Virus record (IMG/VR): IMGVR_UViG_2524023228_000003
Coordinates: 10,872-74,871 of that record
Direction: 5' to 3' (one strand)
DNA: 64,000 nucleotides
From: a virus
Taxonomy: Duplodnaviria; Caudoviricetes
Part shown: positions 28,722 to 37,883 of the stretch, in pieces
How positions within the stretch are numbered: the first letter of the stretch is position 1
Layout: the number at the start of each line of letters is the position of its first letter
Position numbers and translations under genes: made by a program
Notes under the pieces: generated by a model
What the model saw: only the letters and a program-made list of their open reading frames with translations
What the model was told of the DNA's origin: nothing
Database searches by the model: none

Positions 28722-29609
28722 TTAGTCCTTCACGCCGGCCGCTGCTTTCAGCTGCTTGGCCAATTCGGGTTTGGTGTTTTCCAGCAGCATTTGCTGGGTG
28801 ACGTTGCGCGTTTCGGTGGCCCAGGGGTTCACGACCCCTCCGGCCGGCGTAGCGCTGTTGCTTCCGGGGTTGGTCCCGAGACCGCGCTTCTCGTCAGGCT
28901 TGAAGAGCGACGCGGACTTCTCTCGGATCTCTGCAACGAGATCTTCGACCGTGAACGCGGTGCCGTTCACGTCCTTGATGCGGGGGTTGCCGTTCGTGTC
29001 GATCACTTCCGTGACGACCTTGCCGTCCTTCATGGACGTGCGGACGAACTTGCCCACCAGGAGTTCGACGGCATCCCGCGCGTCGTCCAGGGGGTTGGCT
29101 TTGGCGACTTCAGACTTGATCTGGCTCTCGCCCATGATCGTCTTCAGCTGCCCCACCAAGCTGGCATTGGCGTCCTCCAGACCCTTGACCTTGGTGGTCC
29201 ACTCGGTCTCCTTCAGTCCGTACTGAGCGGAGAGTTGGCCCCTGATGGTGTCGAGCTTGGTGTTCGCGATCTGCTCGGCCTGCTTCTCGGGATCGAGTGC
29301 AGTCAGTCGAGCCGTCGTTTCGACCGCCGTCTTGGCGGCTTCCGGCGTGATGTCTCCGAAGGCGGTGATGCGTTCGATCGCGGTCTTAGCCGCGGCCACA
29401 TCGAGGCCTTCGTAGGGCTGCAACTGCGCCTTCAGAACGAAAACGTTGTTGCGTTCCGCGCCGAGCGCCGTCTTCAGGCCCTGGACGTTGTCGAGTTCGA
29501 AGCCTTCGCTGGCGGTCACGTTCAGGAAGAACTTCCCGTCCTTCGCGACGTAGTAGCCTCGGAGGCCCTCATCGAGTTCATTGAGATCTTTAACGACTGC
29601 TTTGAGCAT
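28722..29609 (-). CDS. Capsid scaffolding protein
   Basis: Coiled coil ending NPWATET.NVTQQM..NKPELAKQLKAAAG, before the capsid gene; start MLKAVV. Confidence 0.8.
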   Translation of the reverse strand: MLKAVVKDLNELDEGLRGYYVAKDGKFFLNVTASEGFELDNVQGLKTALGAERNNVFVLKAQLQPYEGLDVAAAKTAIERITAFGDITPEAAKTAVETTARLTALDPEKQAEQIANTKLDTIRGQLSAQYGLKETEWTTKVKGLEDANASLVGQLKTIMGESQIKSEVAKANPLDDARDAVELLVGKFVRTSMKDGKVVTEVIDTNGNPRIKDVNGTAFTVEDLVAEIREKSASLFKPDEKRGLGTNPGSNSATPAGGVVNPWATETRNVTQQMLLENTKPELAKQLKAAAGVKD

Positions 29610-29779
29610 ATCCATCCCGGAAATGCGGGGCATCCCGCCCCTCGTGATAAAAGGCCCAGTCAAGCGTCCCGCTCGAAGGGCCGGTGATATCCCCGAGGAG
29701 TCGGGGAATCAGAGGAGCCAGCAGCGATCGTTCCGAGGCCGTCCCGGCGCTCGATTGGTCATTGCTGGCGAATTGGTGG

Positions 29780-29856
29780 TGGCTGGCAGGGCAGGACTCG
29801 AACCTGCGACATCCTCGTTAACAGCGAGGCGCTCTACCGATCTGAGCTACTTGCCA
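29780..29856 (-). tRNA. tRNA-Asn(GTT)
   Basis: TGGCAAG acceptor, GCTC/GAGC D arm, CCTCG-CTGTTAA-CGAGG, GCAGG-TTCGAGT-CCTGC, G-CCA. Confidence 0.92.
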
Positions 29857-29864
29857 AGAAACTG

Positions 29865-29944
29865 TTCAGCGGCGGCGCGGGCGTGCGGCGCGCTCTTCGG
29901 TATCTCTGCTCGTCTTGTGCGGGATGCGAACTGAGACCGCTGAA
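29865..29944 (-). ncRNA. Candidate structured RNA upstream of tRNA-Asn
   Basis: 8-bp closing stem TTCAGCGG/CCGCTGAA enclosing TCTC/GAGA and GCGCG/CGCGC stems. Confidence 0.3.
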
Positions 29945-30013
29945 ACCGCGCTCAACCCGAAGGGGAGCGCGATCTGGAAGGGTTCTCGGCCGCAGCCACA
30001 AAGGCGCAGGCCC

Positions 30014-30047
30014 AAAGAAAAACCCGCCCAGGACGGTCCTGAGCGGG
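30014..30047 (-). terminator. Intrinsic terminator
   Basis: CCCGCTCAGGA/TCCTGGGCGGG stem followed by TTTTTCTTT. Confidence 0.65.
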
Positions 30048-30128
30048 CTCTGAAGGGTGTTGCGCGCCTTACCTAACCGGCCCGCCGTGCAGGCAGACAT
30101 ATGCGGGGCAAGACGCGCAGTTTGATGG

Positions 30129-30422
30129 TCACGCGGCGCGAAGCAGCTCGGGCGTGACGGGTTCGAAGTTCTTCTCGAATGTGTCGGGCTTCTCGAACCC
30201 GATCGAATTGTCGGCGAACAGGAGGACGATGTCGCCCGCGGCGCACTGCATCACGCCGAAGGGCGTTTGCATCGTGAGGCCACCGAGCCGATTGATCTCC
30301 AGCTCGCCCGTTTGCAACCGCGAGACCAGCCAGTGAGGCGGCAGCTCGGTTGCGACCTGCCCCCAAAGCGGCAAATGGAACGCTTCGGCGAGAGATCGGC
30401 GGGTGAAAAGCTTCACGGTCAC
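30129..30422 (-). CDS. Phage hypothetical protein
   Basis: GGAG RBS + GTG; MQCAAGDIVL..F..NFE pattern. Confidence 0.65.
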   Translation of the reverse strand: MTVKLFTRRSLAEAFHLPLWGQVATELPPHWLVSRLQTGELEINRLGGLTMQTPFGVMQCAAGDIVLLFADNSIGFEKPDTFEKNFEPVTPELLRAA

Positions 30423-30427
30423 TCCAT

Positions 30428-30473
30428 TTGCATTCAAGCAAATCTTCTAGCACGGGGTCCGGGGTTCTGTCAA
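30428..30473 (-). promoter_or_regulatory. Sigma70-type promoter TTGACA-N17-CTAGAA with a TTGC-N6-GCAA site over the start region
   Basis: -35 at 30468-30473, -10 at 30445-30450, motif at 30428-30441. Confidence 0.65.
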
Positions 30474-30634
30474 CCCCTCGCCCCATGAGAATGCAAATGC
30501 CCTACTGGTGGAGGAACCACCAGGCCAAACCGATCAAAATCAATACTCCGATACCGGGAGCGTAGACGTCGAGCGACTGCTTGCGCCGGATCTCCCGGAG
30601 GTCGTCGGCCATCTGCTGCTGGAGCGGATCGTGC

Positions 30635-30895
30635 TTAGGATTTGACGACGGCGAGACGCTGCTTCGGCTCGGCTGCTGCTGGCTGGGCATGTTTTACAGG
30701 CTTCCTGGTCTTTGCATCGAACTTCGGCTCGAAGCAAATCGGGCAGCAGAAATACTCGTTACCCACCAGCTTGCCGAACACCACGACCGACTTGGGGATC
30801 ATCCGAACGAGTTCCCGTACCGGCGTGCCCTGCCGCAATGTGCAGGGCTCGCACCGGTATTCGGTTGCTTCGAACTTCATGGTCAAGTCAGTCAT
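30635..30895 (-). CDS. Small Zn-ribbon-like protein
   Basis: CEPC..CPIC pairs. Confidence 0.5.
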   Translation of the reverse strand: MTDLTMKFEATEYRCEPCTLRQGTPVRELVRMIPKSVVVFGKLVGNEYFCCPICFEPKFDAKTRKPVKHAQPAAAEPKQRLAVVKS

Positions 30896-30934
30896 GGGGC
30901 GGCGTCGATAGCATTTTCGTTTGCACCGAGTCAA

Positions 30935-32548
30935 TCAGATTTGCTTTGTGGGGCGGGTCTGACCGTTCGGAAAATCAAACGTCTTTGCAGGCTTTGCAGT
31001 TCCGGGAGCCGCGTTCGGATCGGGGTTCGCAGATCCAGCGCCGCCGCCGGCCGGGTCCTTGGCGGGATCGGCTTGCGTCCAGCGGCCCGGCAGCATGCCA
31101 TCGGCGGCCTGCATGTTGATCTGGTCGACCTGAGCCCAGAAGGCCAGCTCGTCATCCAGATTGAAGTCGTCACCAAGCAGGTTGCGGTTGCGTACCTCGG
31201 TCAACAGGGTCTGGCGCGACAGGCCGCGCTCTTCCCACATCTTCACGAGCTGGGCGACCTCAAGCAGGCGGTCCTTCGTATTCGAGAACTCGGTGTTGAG
31301 GATGGCCTTGACTTGGCTGTAGTCGGCGCCGGTCCACTGCCCCATGAACAGGATGGCCTTCTCCAGCGAGTCCTGGCAGCCGATCGCCAAGTCGTGGACG
31401 ACCGAGTGGACCCGGGTCTCCTGGATGTCACGCTCGTTCTGCGGAACGTACTGACGGTGCGTGCCCGTGACCGGGTTGAGCGCCATCATGTCCATCTGCA
31501 TTTCGAGCTTCTCAATGTCCTTCATGCCGGACTCGATCGCGGTGCCCTTGGGCTCCACGAAGTACCAACGGCCATTGGCGTCCGGCGAATAGAGCACCTT
31601 GTAGGGACCGATGGCGAACTGGGCCTCGTCCTCCGGGTCGATCTGGACGCCAGAGCACGCCAGCATCGGGAAGCGTGCCGCCGACAGGATCGAGCGCTGA
31701 TCCGAGCTGGAGATCCAGTGCTCGATCTGCTTGTAGGCCAGATCGATGAAGACCGGCCGCACCTGGTAGTCGGCTTCCTTTTCGCCGGCATACATGGTGA
31801 CGAACGGGACCTCCGGCATGTTCTTCAGCGGGGTCTCTTCGACGAACGTCCAGTTCGAGCCGCCCGATGTCGCCGCCTGCTCCCAGAGCTGGACGATGCC
31901 AGACGTCTTGGTGGGGTCGATTTCGATGACGCGGATCTGGTTGAAGAGGACCTCCTTGAAGCCGTCGCGGTCAGCGCGCTGGCTGCGGATGCGGACGTGG
32001 ACGGTCTTGGTGTCACCGCCGACGTACATGTCGTAGGCCGCGGCAACATCGTCGACCTTGAACATCTTCATGAACGGCCGGGCGCCGGACGCCTTCTGAG
32101 CGGCAAGGCTCTTCATGTTGTAGGTGTCGGGATGGTCCACCAGGATGTGGCACATGCCGTCGAGCAGCGCGTTGTTGAAGAATTGGTGGGCGAAGACGTG
32201 CAGGTGATTGCCCTGCAGATCGACGTCCTGGACCCAAGCGTCGAGGTTCTGGTCCTTGTTGTTGACGAGCTTCAGCAGCGTGCGGAACGGCTTCGCCGAC
32301 GCAGCATCGACAGCCTCACGCAACTTGTTGAGCGCGAAGGTGGACTGCAGACGCGATTGGTAGCGGGTATCCGACTCCTTCTCGTATTGCGGAAGGAAGG
32401 TTTGATCCTTGGCGCGCATCGTCTCGGTGCCGCCGTAGACAGCGCGCAGCATCGACGTGCGCTGCTGCATCGTGGTGGCAGCCGAAGACAATTGGCCGGG
32501 GTTACCTTCCTTCGGGGAAGGCGTGTACTTGATCTGGGTATCAGCCAT
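30935..32548 (-). CDS. Portal protein (DUF4055-like)
   Basis: GGTETMR..FLPQY.KESD.RY.SRL..DVDLQGN.L; follows the terminase. Confidence 0.9.
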   Translation of the reverse strand: MADTQIKYTPSPKEGNPGQLSSAATTMQQRTSMLRAVYGGTETMRAKDQTFLPQYEKESDTRYQSRLQSTFALNKLREAVDAASAKPFRTLLKLVNNKDQNLDAWVQDVDLQGNHLHVFAHQFFNNALLDGMCHILVDHPDTYNMKSLAAQKASGARPFMKMFKVDDVAAAYDMYVGGDTKTVHVRIRSQRADRDGFKEVLFNQIRVIEIDPTKTSGIVQLWEQAATSGGSNWTFVEETPLKNMPEVPFVTMYAGEKEADYQVRPVFIDLAYKQIEHWISSSDQRSILSAARFPMLACSGVQIDPEDEAQFAIGPYKVLYSPDANGRWYFVEPKGTAIESGMKDIEKLEMQMDMMALNPVTGTHRQYVPQNERDIQETRVHSVVHDLAIGCQDSLEKAILFMGQWTGADYSQVKAILNTEFSNTKDRLLEVAQLVKMWEERGLSRQTLLTEVRNRNLLGDDFNLDDELAFWAQVDQINMQAADGMLPGRWTQADPAKDPAGGGAGSANPDPNAAPGTAKPAKTFDFPNGQTRPTKQI

Positions 32549-32568
32549 TTGGCGGGGAAGTCCTGACG

Positions 32569-34032
32569 TTACCAGTCAAGGACTGCGGCCTTGCGGGGAC
32601 CGAGTAGCGCGTTGAAAGCGTCGGAAGCGGCGTCCACCTGGTCGTCGTTGACGCCAAGAGGGAACATTTCCAACTCGTCGGTGAAGACATCATTCCAGTG
32701 TCCTTTCACCAATTTCACATTCTTCGCCTCGCACTGCGCAGCGAACGCTGCGGCGCGGGTCTCTTTCGGTCCTGTTGGGCGAACAGCCTTGACGATGTAG
32801 CCGGCGAGCCGGCGGATAAAGTTTTGGGCCTGGCTCTTGCCTGCCTGGCCCGGATCCTGCGGGAGGAAGATCTGGACGGACTTGCCGTCGTTCCTGGCGG
32901 TCTCGAAGATCTTCTTCTCGACGACGAGCGGCGTGTCGCGGAATCGGATCACGTTCTCGATGTAGAAGATGCCGTTGGCGTCCCGGGACATCAGAACGCC
33001 GACGGTGTAGTCGCCGTCTTTGGACGCAGCCAAGTCCCAGGCCCGCACGCGGACGCGCTTGGCCGGCAGCTCGGTGGCTGTCTCGAACCAGGAGGCATTG
33101 AACATGCCGCCATCGTCAGCCATCGGCTGCTGCTGGTAGAGCGCTGCAAACGAGCGCTCGCCTAGAACGTCCTGACGATCCTGGAGAGCGGCGTAGGAGA
33201 AGCGCCGAGGAGCCAGCGGCTCGTTGGGCTTGCGGCGGAGCGGGTCGCCCGGCACGGTGCCGTCATCATTGAGGATCAGCTCCTTGGTGCCATCCTCGCG
33301 CTGGATCGACTTGGTGTAGGGCAGCGCCGGCAGATACAGGATCTCCCAGGGCAAACCCTTGCCGTCGTTCATCAGCTCGATGAGGCGGCCTGCGATGTCG
33401 TCGTAGTGCCATCGCGTCAGCGTGAGCACGATTGCCGCGTCTTCTTCGAGACGGGTGTAAACGACGTCGCGATACCAGTTCCATTGGTCTTCGCGGAAAT
33501 TGGCGGAGCTGACTTCCTTGCGGTCTTTGATCGGGTCGTCGATCAGGAAGAGATGGGAGCCCTTACCTGTGGTGCCGGAGCCCACGCCGACCGCGTAATA
33601 CTGACCGCCCTGCTCCAGCTGCCAGTCGTCAGCGGCGCGCTGGTCGGTACGGATTCCGACATTCGGGAAGAGAGTCTTGAACTCGTTGCCCTTGATGATG
33701 TCGCGGACGTTACGCCCGAAGGACGTGGCGAAGTCGGCGTTGTAGGACGCCGAGATGACGTTCTTGTCCGGATTTCGCGCCATGAAGTAGGCGGGAAACC
33801 GGCGCGTCGACAGCTCACTCTTGCCGTGCCGCGGGGGCGCGAACAGCATCAGGCGCTTGATCTCGCCGCGCTCGACCGCTTCCAGCTTCTCGGCGACCAG
33901 ATGATGGAACGGGTCAGCGTTGTATTTGGGGAGCGTGTACTCGGTGAAGCCGATCAGGCGCTCGCGGCCCCTCCTGCGGCGCAGGATTTCGGCCGCCGCC
34001 TCCTCGGGGGAGACGTCGATAAGGTTGTTCAC
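32569..34032 (-). CDS. terL: Terminase large subunit
   Basis: APPRHGKS Walker A, LIDDPIKD Walker B, YQQ.P, AWDLA, DDQVDA nuclease motifs; GTG start 34032. Confidence 0.95.
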   Translation of the reverse strand: MNNLIDVSPEEAAAEILRRRRGRERLIGFTEYTLPKYNADPFHHLVAEKLEAVERGEIKRLMLFAPPRHGKSELSTRRFPAYFMARNPDKNVISASYNADFATSFGRNVRDIIKGNEFKTLFPNVGIRTDQRAADDWQLEQGGQYYAVGVGSGTTGKGSHLFLIDDPIKDRKEVSSANFREDQWNWYRDVVYTRLEEDAAIVLTLTRWHYDDIAGRLIELMNDGKGLPWEILYLPALPYTKSIQREDGTKELILNDDGTVPGDPLRRKPNEPLAPRRFSYAALQDRQDVLGERSFAALYQQQPMADDGGMFNASWFETATELPAKRVRVRAWDLAASKDGDYTVGVLMSRDANGIFYIENVIRFRDTPLVVEKKIFETARNDGKSVQIFLPQDPGQAGKSQAQNFIRRLAGYIVKAVRPTGPKETRAAAFAAQCEAKNVKLVKGHWNDVFTDELEMFPLGVNDDQVDAASDAFNALLGPRKAAVLDW

Positions 34033-34221
34033 GATGTTTCCGGAGTTTAGACTCCGGTCGAGGCGCTGTGCGCTGATGCCCCCGAAGCGGCAACTCGACC
34101 AGAGTGATTGAAGACTGCCCGCGCAGGCTGCTACGTGCGACTTAGTCCGCGCCCTCATGGAAGGTTCGTTGGCGGATACCCCTGACCGAGACCAGTTTCG
34201 GCGCGAGCAGTCAGATGTGGC

Positions 34222-34443
34222 TTAGAACTTGAAGCCCGGCGCCTGGATTTCCAGATCGGTCTTGGTGCCGGATCGGACCGCGATCTCAGTGAATGCGGTG
34301 GGCGCGCCGTTCACGACGGGGTCGCCATTGAACTTGACGATGCGGAGCCACTTCCCGTCCGTGTCCTGAACGAGATCGGACACGGTGATGAGGCGCGCAT
34401 CTTCCACCTGGAACTTCTGGTGGATGATGGAGATGGTGGACAT
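34222..34443 (-). CDS. Phage hypothetical protein
   Basis: ORF with phage-like codon use. Confidence 0.6.
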   Translation of the reverse strand: MSTISIIHQKFQVEDARLITVSDLVQDTDGKWLRIVKFNGDPVVNGAPTAFTEIAVRSGTKTDLEIQAPGFKF

Positions 34444-34467
34444 GTGTGCGTTTTCTTTCGATGACGA

Positions 34468-34995
34468 TCAGGCCAGATGGTTCGAGCACAGGACCTCGTA
34501 GATCTCCCTCGGAGCACTGTGATCGCCGGGCACGAATGCCTCGATCACCTCGTCCTTGAAGACCTCATCGACCAGCTTGTGATCGATAGCCCTCGCCTCT
34601 GACTCTGACTGGCTGCGGCCATAATTGCGGTACGGCTTCGTCCTGATGAGGCCGAAGTTGATGTTGTCGTAATGGGCCCAGAGATTACGGGCCGACTCGT
34701 CGACAGCGCGGTGGTCCATCGGATCGCTGATGTAGGCGATCGACAGAAGCAACGGGCAGTCGGTGATGATGAAGTCGACCTCGCCGAGCAGGCGGCGCTG
34801 CCGCCTCTCCTGCTCTGCCAGAACGTAGAGCTGACGCTTCAGGTCGATCCAGTTCTTGTCGTAGGTCAGCTCCTTGGCGAACTCTGTCACAAGCTCGCAT
34901 CGGTGGCCGGCGCACTTCATCGCGAAGAACAAACCGGCCGCCGTGGTCGACTTCCCGCATCCCGGGCCGCCGATCAGGTTGATGACCTTCGTCAT
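34468..34995 (-). CDS. AAA_28/NadR-like P-loop kinase/ATPase
   Basis: INLIGGPGCGKST..VTEFAKE..IITDCPLL. Confidence 0.75.
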   Translation of the reverse strand: MTKVINLIGGPGCGKSTTAAGLFFAMKCAGHRCELVTEFAKELTYDKNWIDLKRQLYVLAEQERRQRRLLGEVDFIITDCPLLLSIAYISDPMDHRAVDESARNLWAHYDNINFGLIRTKPYRNYGRSQSESEARAIDHKLVDEVFKDEVIEAFVPGDHSAPREIYEVLCSNHLA

Positions 34996-35882
34996 TAGGC
35001 GATGTGCAGCTTGGCCGTGTCGTACTGGGCGAAGACGCCCTTGAGCCAATGGCCCACCTTGCCCTTCATCACGAAGGAGTCGCCGTTCTTTGCGTAGTCG
35101 GCGAACGAGGTGGCCGCGGCCTCGACATACTCGGTGGCACGCTCGTCGAGCTTGGCGATGTCGATAAGCGCGGTACCGGCCTTGAGGGCGTCGGTCGACA
35201 CGTTGAGGCCAGCGAAGAACGCGGCATCGTTCGTGTGGTTCTTGACGATGAAGTGGCGCGAGCCGGTCAGGATCTTGGCGGCGCCCTCGATCTCGCTGAG
35301 CGACTGTACGGTGCTGCCGATGACCTGCATGGTCGTCACGTTCATCTTGCCGTCCTGGACCATGGACAGCAGGCCGATCTCACTGAGCAGGGTCAGCGTC
35401 GGCGAGAGCAGCCCCGCCTGGATGTCGATCACGGTGACCGCATGCTTCGGCAGGGAGTCGAACACCTTGATCTGGCCGTCCGAGCTGGACAGGTCGATCA
35501 CCTCGGTGACGTCCTTGTGGAATCGGATCAGGTTGCCGGACGGCATCTGGGTGTCGATCGCCCGGGCATCCACGCCCACGCTTTTGAAGTAGTCGAGCAC
35601 GGTGCGCGCCACGACGGTCTTGCCAACGCCGCCCTTGTCGGCGCCGACGATTACGAGATGGGGGAGCCCCATGATCAGTTCCTCTCTTTTCGGTAGAACG
35701 ACCTCACGGTCGGGGTGGTGTTGAGCAGGCTCCGGATCGCGCGAGGCGACCGGCTCAGCCGGCGCCTCACGCTTCACTTCGGAGAAGTTCTTGGACTGCC
35801 AGAGTCTCTGCTCGATGGCCTGGCGGCGCTGCTGACGAATGTCCTCGGTGATCGCGCGGGTTCGCTTCTGGTCTTTGATCAT
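34995..35882 (-). CDS. ParA/MinD-like P-loop ATPase (rhizobial type); core starts ~35672
   Basis: VIVGADKGGVGKT deviant Walker A; AIDT..RFH..VID. Confidence 0.7.
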   Translation of the reverse strand: MIKDQKRTRAITEDIRQQRRQAIEQRLWQSKNFSEVKREAPAEPVASRDPEPAQHHPDREVVLPKREELIMGLPHLVIVGADKGGVGKTVVARTVLDYFKSVGVDARAIDTQMPSGNLIRFHKDVTEVIDLSSSDGQIKVFDSLPKHAVTVIDIQAGLLSPTLTLLSEIGLLSMVQDGKMNVTTMQVIGSTVQSLSEIEGAAKILTGSRHFIVKNHTNDAAFFAGLNVSTDALKAGTALIDIAKLDERATEYVEAAATSFADYAKNGDSFVMKGKVGHWLKGVFAQYDTAKLHIA

Positions 35883-35905
35883 TGCTCGCCCTCGCGATTA
35901 CGATG

Positions 35906-36460
35906 TCAGTGAACGATGTCCTTTTTTGCCTCCGGCTTCTCGGCCGGCGGAGCTGTGCGGCGCATGGCAATCTCCATGAGCTGCGCCTCGGTCATTTCAG
36001 CCACAGGAGTGCTGTGATTGACGTTGGTGGTGCTCTCGTCCTTCTGGCCGAGGTAGTTCTTGCCGAGGAAGATCGCGGCCGGCGCATTCTTGTCGGCGAG
36101 CGTCAGCTGCTTGCGGCGCAGCGAGACCTTGGCGTGCATCAGGCCGTCGTCCCAGACGTTGCGGGCCTCGGGGCAATCGGACAGGAACTTGACGAAGGTC
36201 TGGCGGGCCACACCGAGCACGGCAGCCACCTCCTCCTGGGTACAGAACAGCTTGCCCAGCTCGCCGATCGTCCGGAGCGTCTCTTCGTCCGGCTGGAGCT
36301 TCGCCTGGGCGGCGCGGCGCTTGATCGGTTGAGCGAGAACCTCATCGAGGTACTCGTTCTCCTTGTTGTCCTTCTTCTGCTTTTCCTGGGCGGCAGCGGC
36401 GTAGGCGGCAGCCGCCTCCTTCGTCGGCCGTCCCCGGCGACGCGGCGGTAAATCGGTCAT
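35906..36460 (-). CDS. terS: Terminase small subunit-like HTH protein
   Basis: CTQEEVAAVLGV HTH; SLRRKQ..A.KNAPAAIFLGKNYLGQKD. Confidence 0.75.
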   Translation of the reverse strand: MTDLPPRRRGRPTKEAAAAYAAAAQEKQKKDNKENEYLDEVLAQPIKRRAAQAKLQPDEETLRTIGELGKLFCTQEEVAAVLGVARQTFVKFLSDCPEARNVWDDGLMHAKVSLRRKQLTLADKNAPAAIFLGKNYLGQKDESTTNVNHSTPVAEMTEAQLMEIAMRRTAPPAEKPEAKKDIVH

Positions 36461-36476
36461 TTTTCTTCTTCTTGTG

Positions 36477-36704
36477 TTATGCGGTGCCGGTCGCCTCGAT
36501 CGCGCGGTCGAGGTCAGCCATATCCATGACGACCACGATACCGTCAGGCGGCATCAGGATGAGCAGCTCTTCAGCCTCGTCCGGATCGTCCGTCTCTTCG
36601 TCGAACCGATCGATCATCCCAACGATGGGGACTGAGAAGCCGCCCTCGTAGACGACCGACATCGACAGGAAGTCGACAACAAACCTCTCTCGGTCAGCGC
36701 TCAT
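36477..36704 (-). CDS. Acidic hypothetical protein
   Basis: Operon position. Confidence 0.55.
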   Translation of the reverse strand: MSADRERFVVDFLSMSVVYEGGFSVPIVGMIDRFDEETDDPDEAEELLILMPPDGIVVVMDMADLDRAIEATGTA

Positions 36705-37029
36705 CTCTTGCGCCCGGGATCGACTGGCGCATCCACTGGGCGATTTCCTGCTTGGAACCGGAGCCGACGCGCTTGGCCAGGACCACCCCGTTTTCCATCG
36801 CCACGAGCGCCGGGATTTGCGAGACCTGGAAGCGCTGGGCCATCAGGTCGCAGTGCTCGACGTTGGCGGTGAAGAATTGAACGCGCTGGCCGTATTCTTG
36901 CTCGATGGCGTTCAGAGTTGGGGTCATCGCCTTGCATGGCTGGCACCACTTTGCTTCGAACTTGATGATGACGGGCAGTTTGGCCGCCGAGAATTCGGCG
37001 ACCAACGTGGCGTCGGTGATGGCTTTCAT
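36694..37029 (-). CDS. Thioredoxin
   Basis: F.A.WCQPCK..IPAL motifs. Confidence 0.9.
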   Translation of the reverse strand: MKAITDATLVAEFSAAKLPVIIKFEAKWCQPCKAMTPTLNAIEQEYGQRVQFFTANVEHCDLMAQRFQVSQIPALVAMENGVVLAKRVGSGSKQEIAQWMRQSIPGARDER

Positions 37030-37442
37030 CGGGAGAAGATTTTCTTGAGTGAGGAGAGCCCAGCCACCCCGCAGATGGTCAGAACGATCTGCACCTGCAT
37101 GGTGTCGTAGGGCGCGGGAAGCGCGGCGACCTTCCAGGTGCCGACCTCATGGCCGAACAGCGGGATGGAGTCGAAGACGACTGCCGCGACGTGGAAGAAC
37201 AGGACCGCGAACGCGACCGGCACCATCCAGGCGGTGAACCAGTGCTCGCGGTCGTCCTTGCGCATGTCGGCCGCCATGCGGGCGACCTCGACCTTGTAGC
37301 GCAGCTCGGCCGCGTTCAGCTGGATGTCGCCGCCGACCGCCGTCTTGAATTTCTCGAGATCGGCGTCGGTCTTCTTGTTCAGCCAGTCCAGGAACGAGGT
37401 CCCAAACTTGGGCAGAAGGCCCATGATAATTGAGAACAGCAT
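37026..37442 (-). CDS. Multi-TM membrane protein (holin-like candidate)
   Basis: N-terminal amphipathic segment plus two C-terminal TM segments. Confidence 0.45.
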   Translation of the reverse strand: MLFSIIMGLLPKFGTSFLDWLNKKTDADLEKFKTAVGGDIQLNAAELRYKVEVARMAADMRKDDREHWFTAWMVPVAFAVLFFHVAAVVFDSIPLFGHEVGTWKVAALPAPYDTMQVQIVLTICGVAGLSSLKKIFSR

Positions 37443-37452
37443 GGCGGTCCTT

Positions 37453-37485
37453 AAAAGCAAAAAGGCCGCCCCGAAGGACGGCCTT
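37453..37485 (-). terminator. Intrinsic terminator after the second fibre module
   Basis: AAGGCCG..CGGCCTT stem followed by a T-run. Confidence 0.6.
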
Positions 37486-37506
37486 GTGATGTGACTTCGG
37501 TATGGC

Positions 37507-37883
37507 TCAGAACGTCGCCGCCAGAACGAACAGCGCATCGAGATCCGCGTCCGTTTTGCCGAGTGCCTGCTTGCAGGCCAGGATCAACGGATGATTTCGA
37601 TCGAACGCAGTCGTGTAGTTCCAGCTGTCCTGGACCGTGATGTCCTGGCTGTTGACGTAATCCTCGACCTGCTGGCGCAATTCAATCTGGTAGAGCGCCA
37701 GCCTGACTGTCGAGGCGTCACCGATTGCGGAACAACCGGCTTCGCCATCTGCGCATCCACCTCTGCCTGCGTCGGCGCGATTTGCTCGGTGTCGATCCAT
37801 TCGAGATCTTCAAGAGTTTCGCCACGAAGCACCCATTGCGCTCCTGGACGAAGGATAGTCAGAACTTCTGCGAGAGGGGTCAT
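37507..37883 (-). pseudogene. Fibre assembly-like gene with 1-bp frameshift (~37710)
   Basis: ..PQSVTPRQ | (V)RLALYQ..W..TTAFDRNHPL..DLDALF, the PRQxRLAL motif is split across frames. Confidence 0.7.

Noticed and set aside
29865-29944. Glycine riboswitch (ACCGAAGAG and TCTCAG present)
   Set aside because: The motifs are in the wrong order, the CUCUCAGGU strand is missing, and the context is not glycine metabolism.
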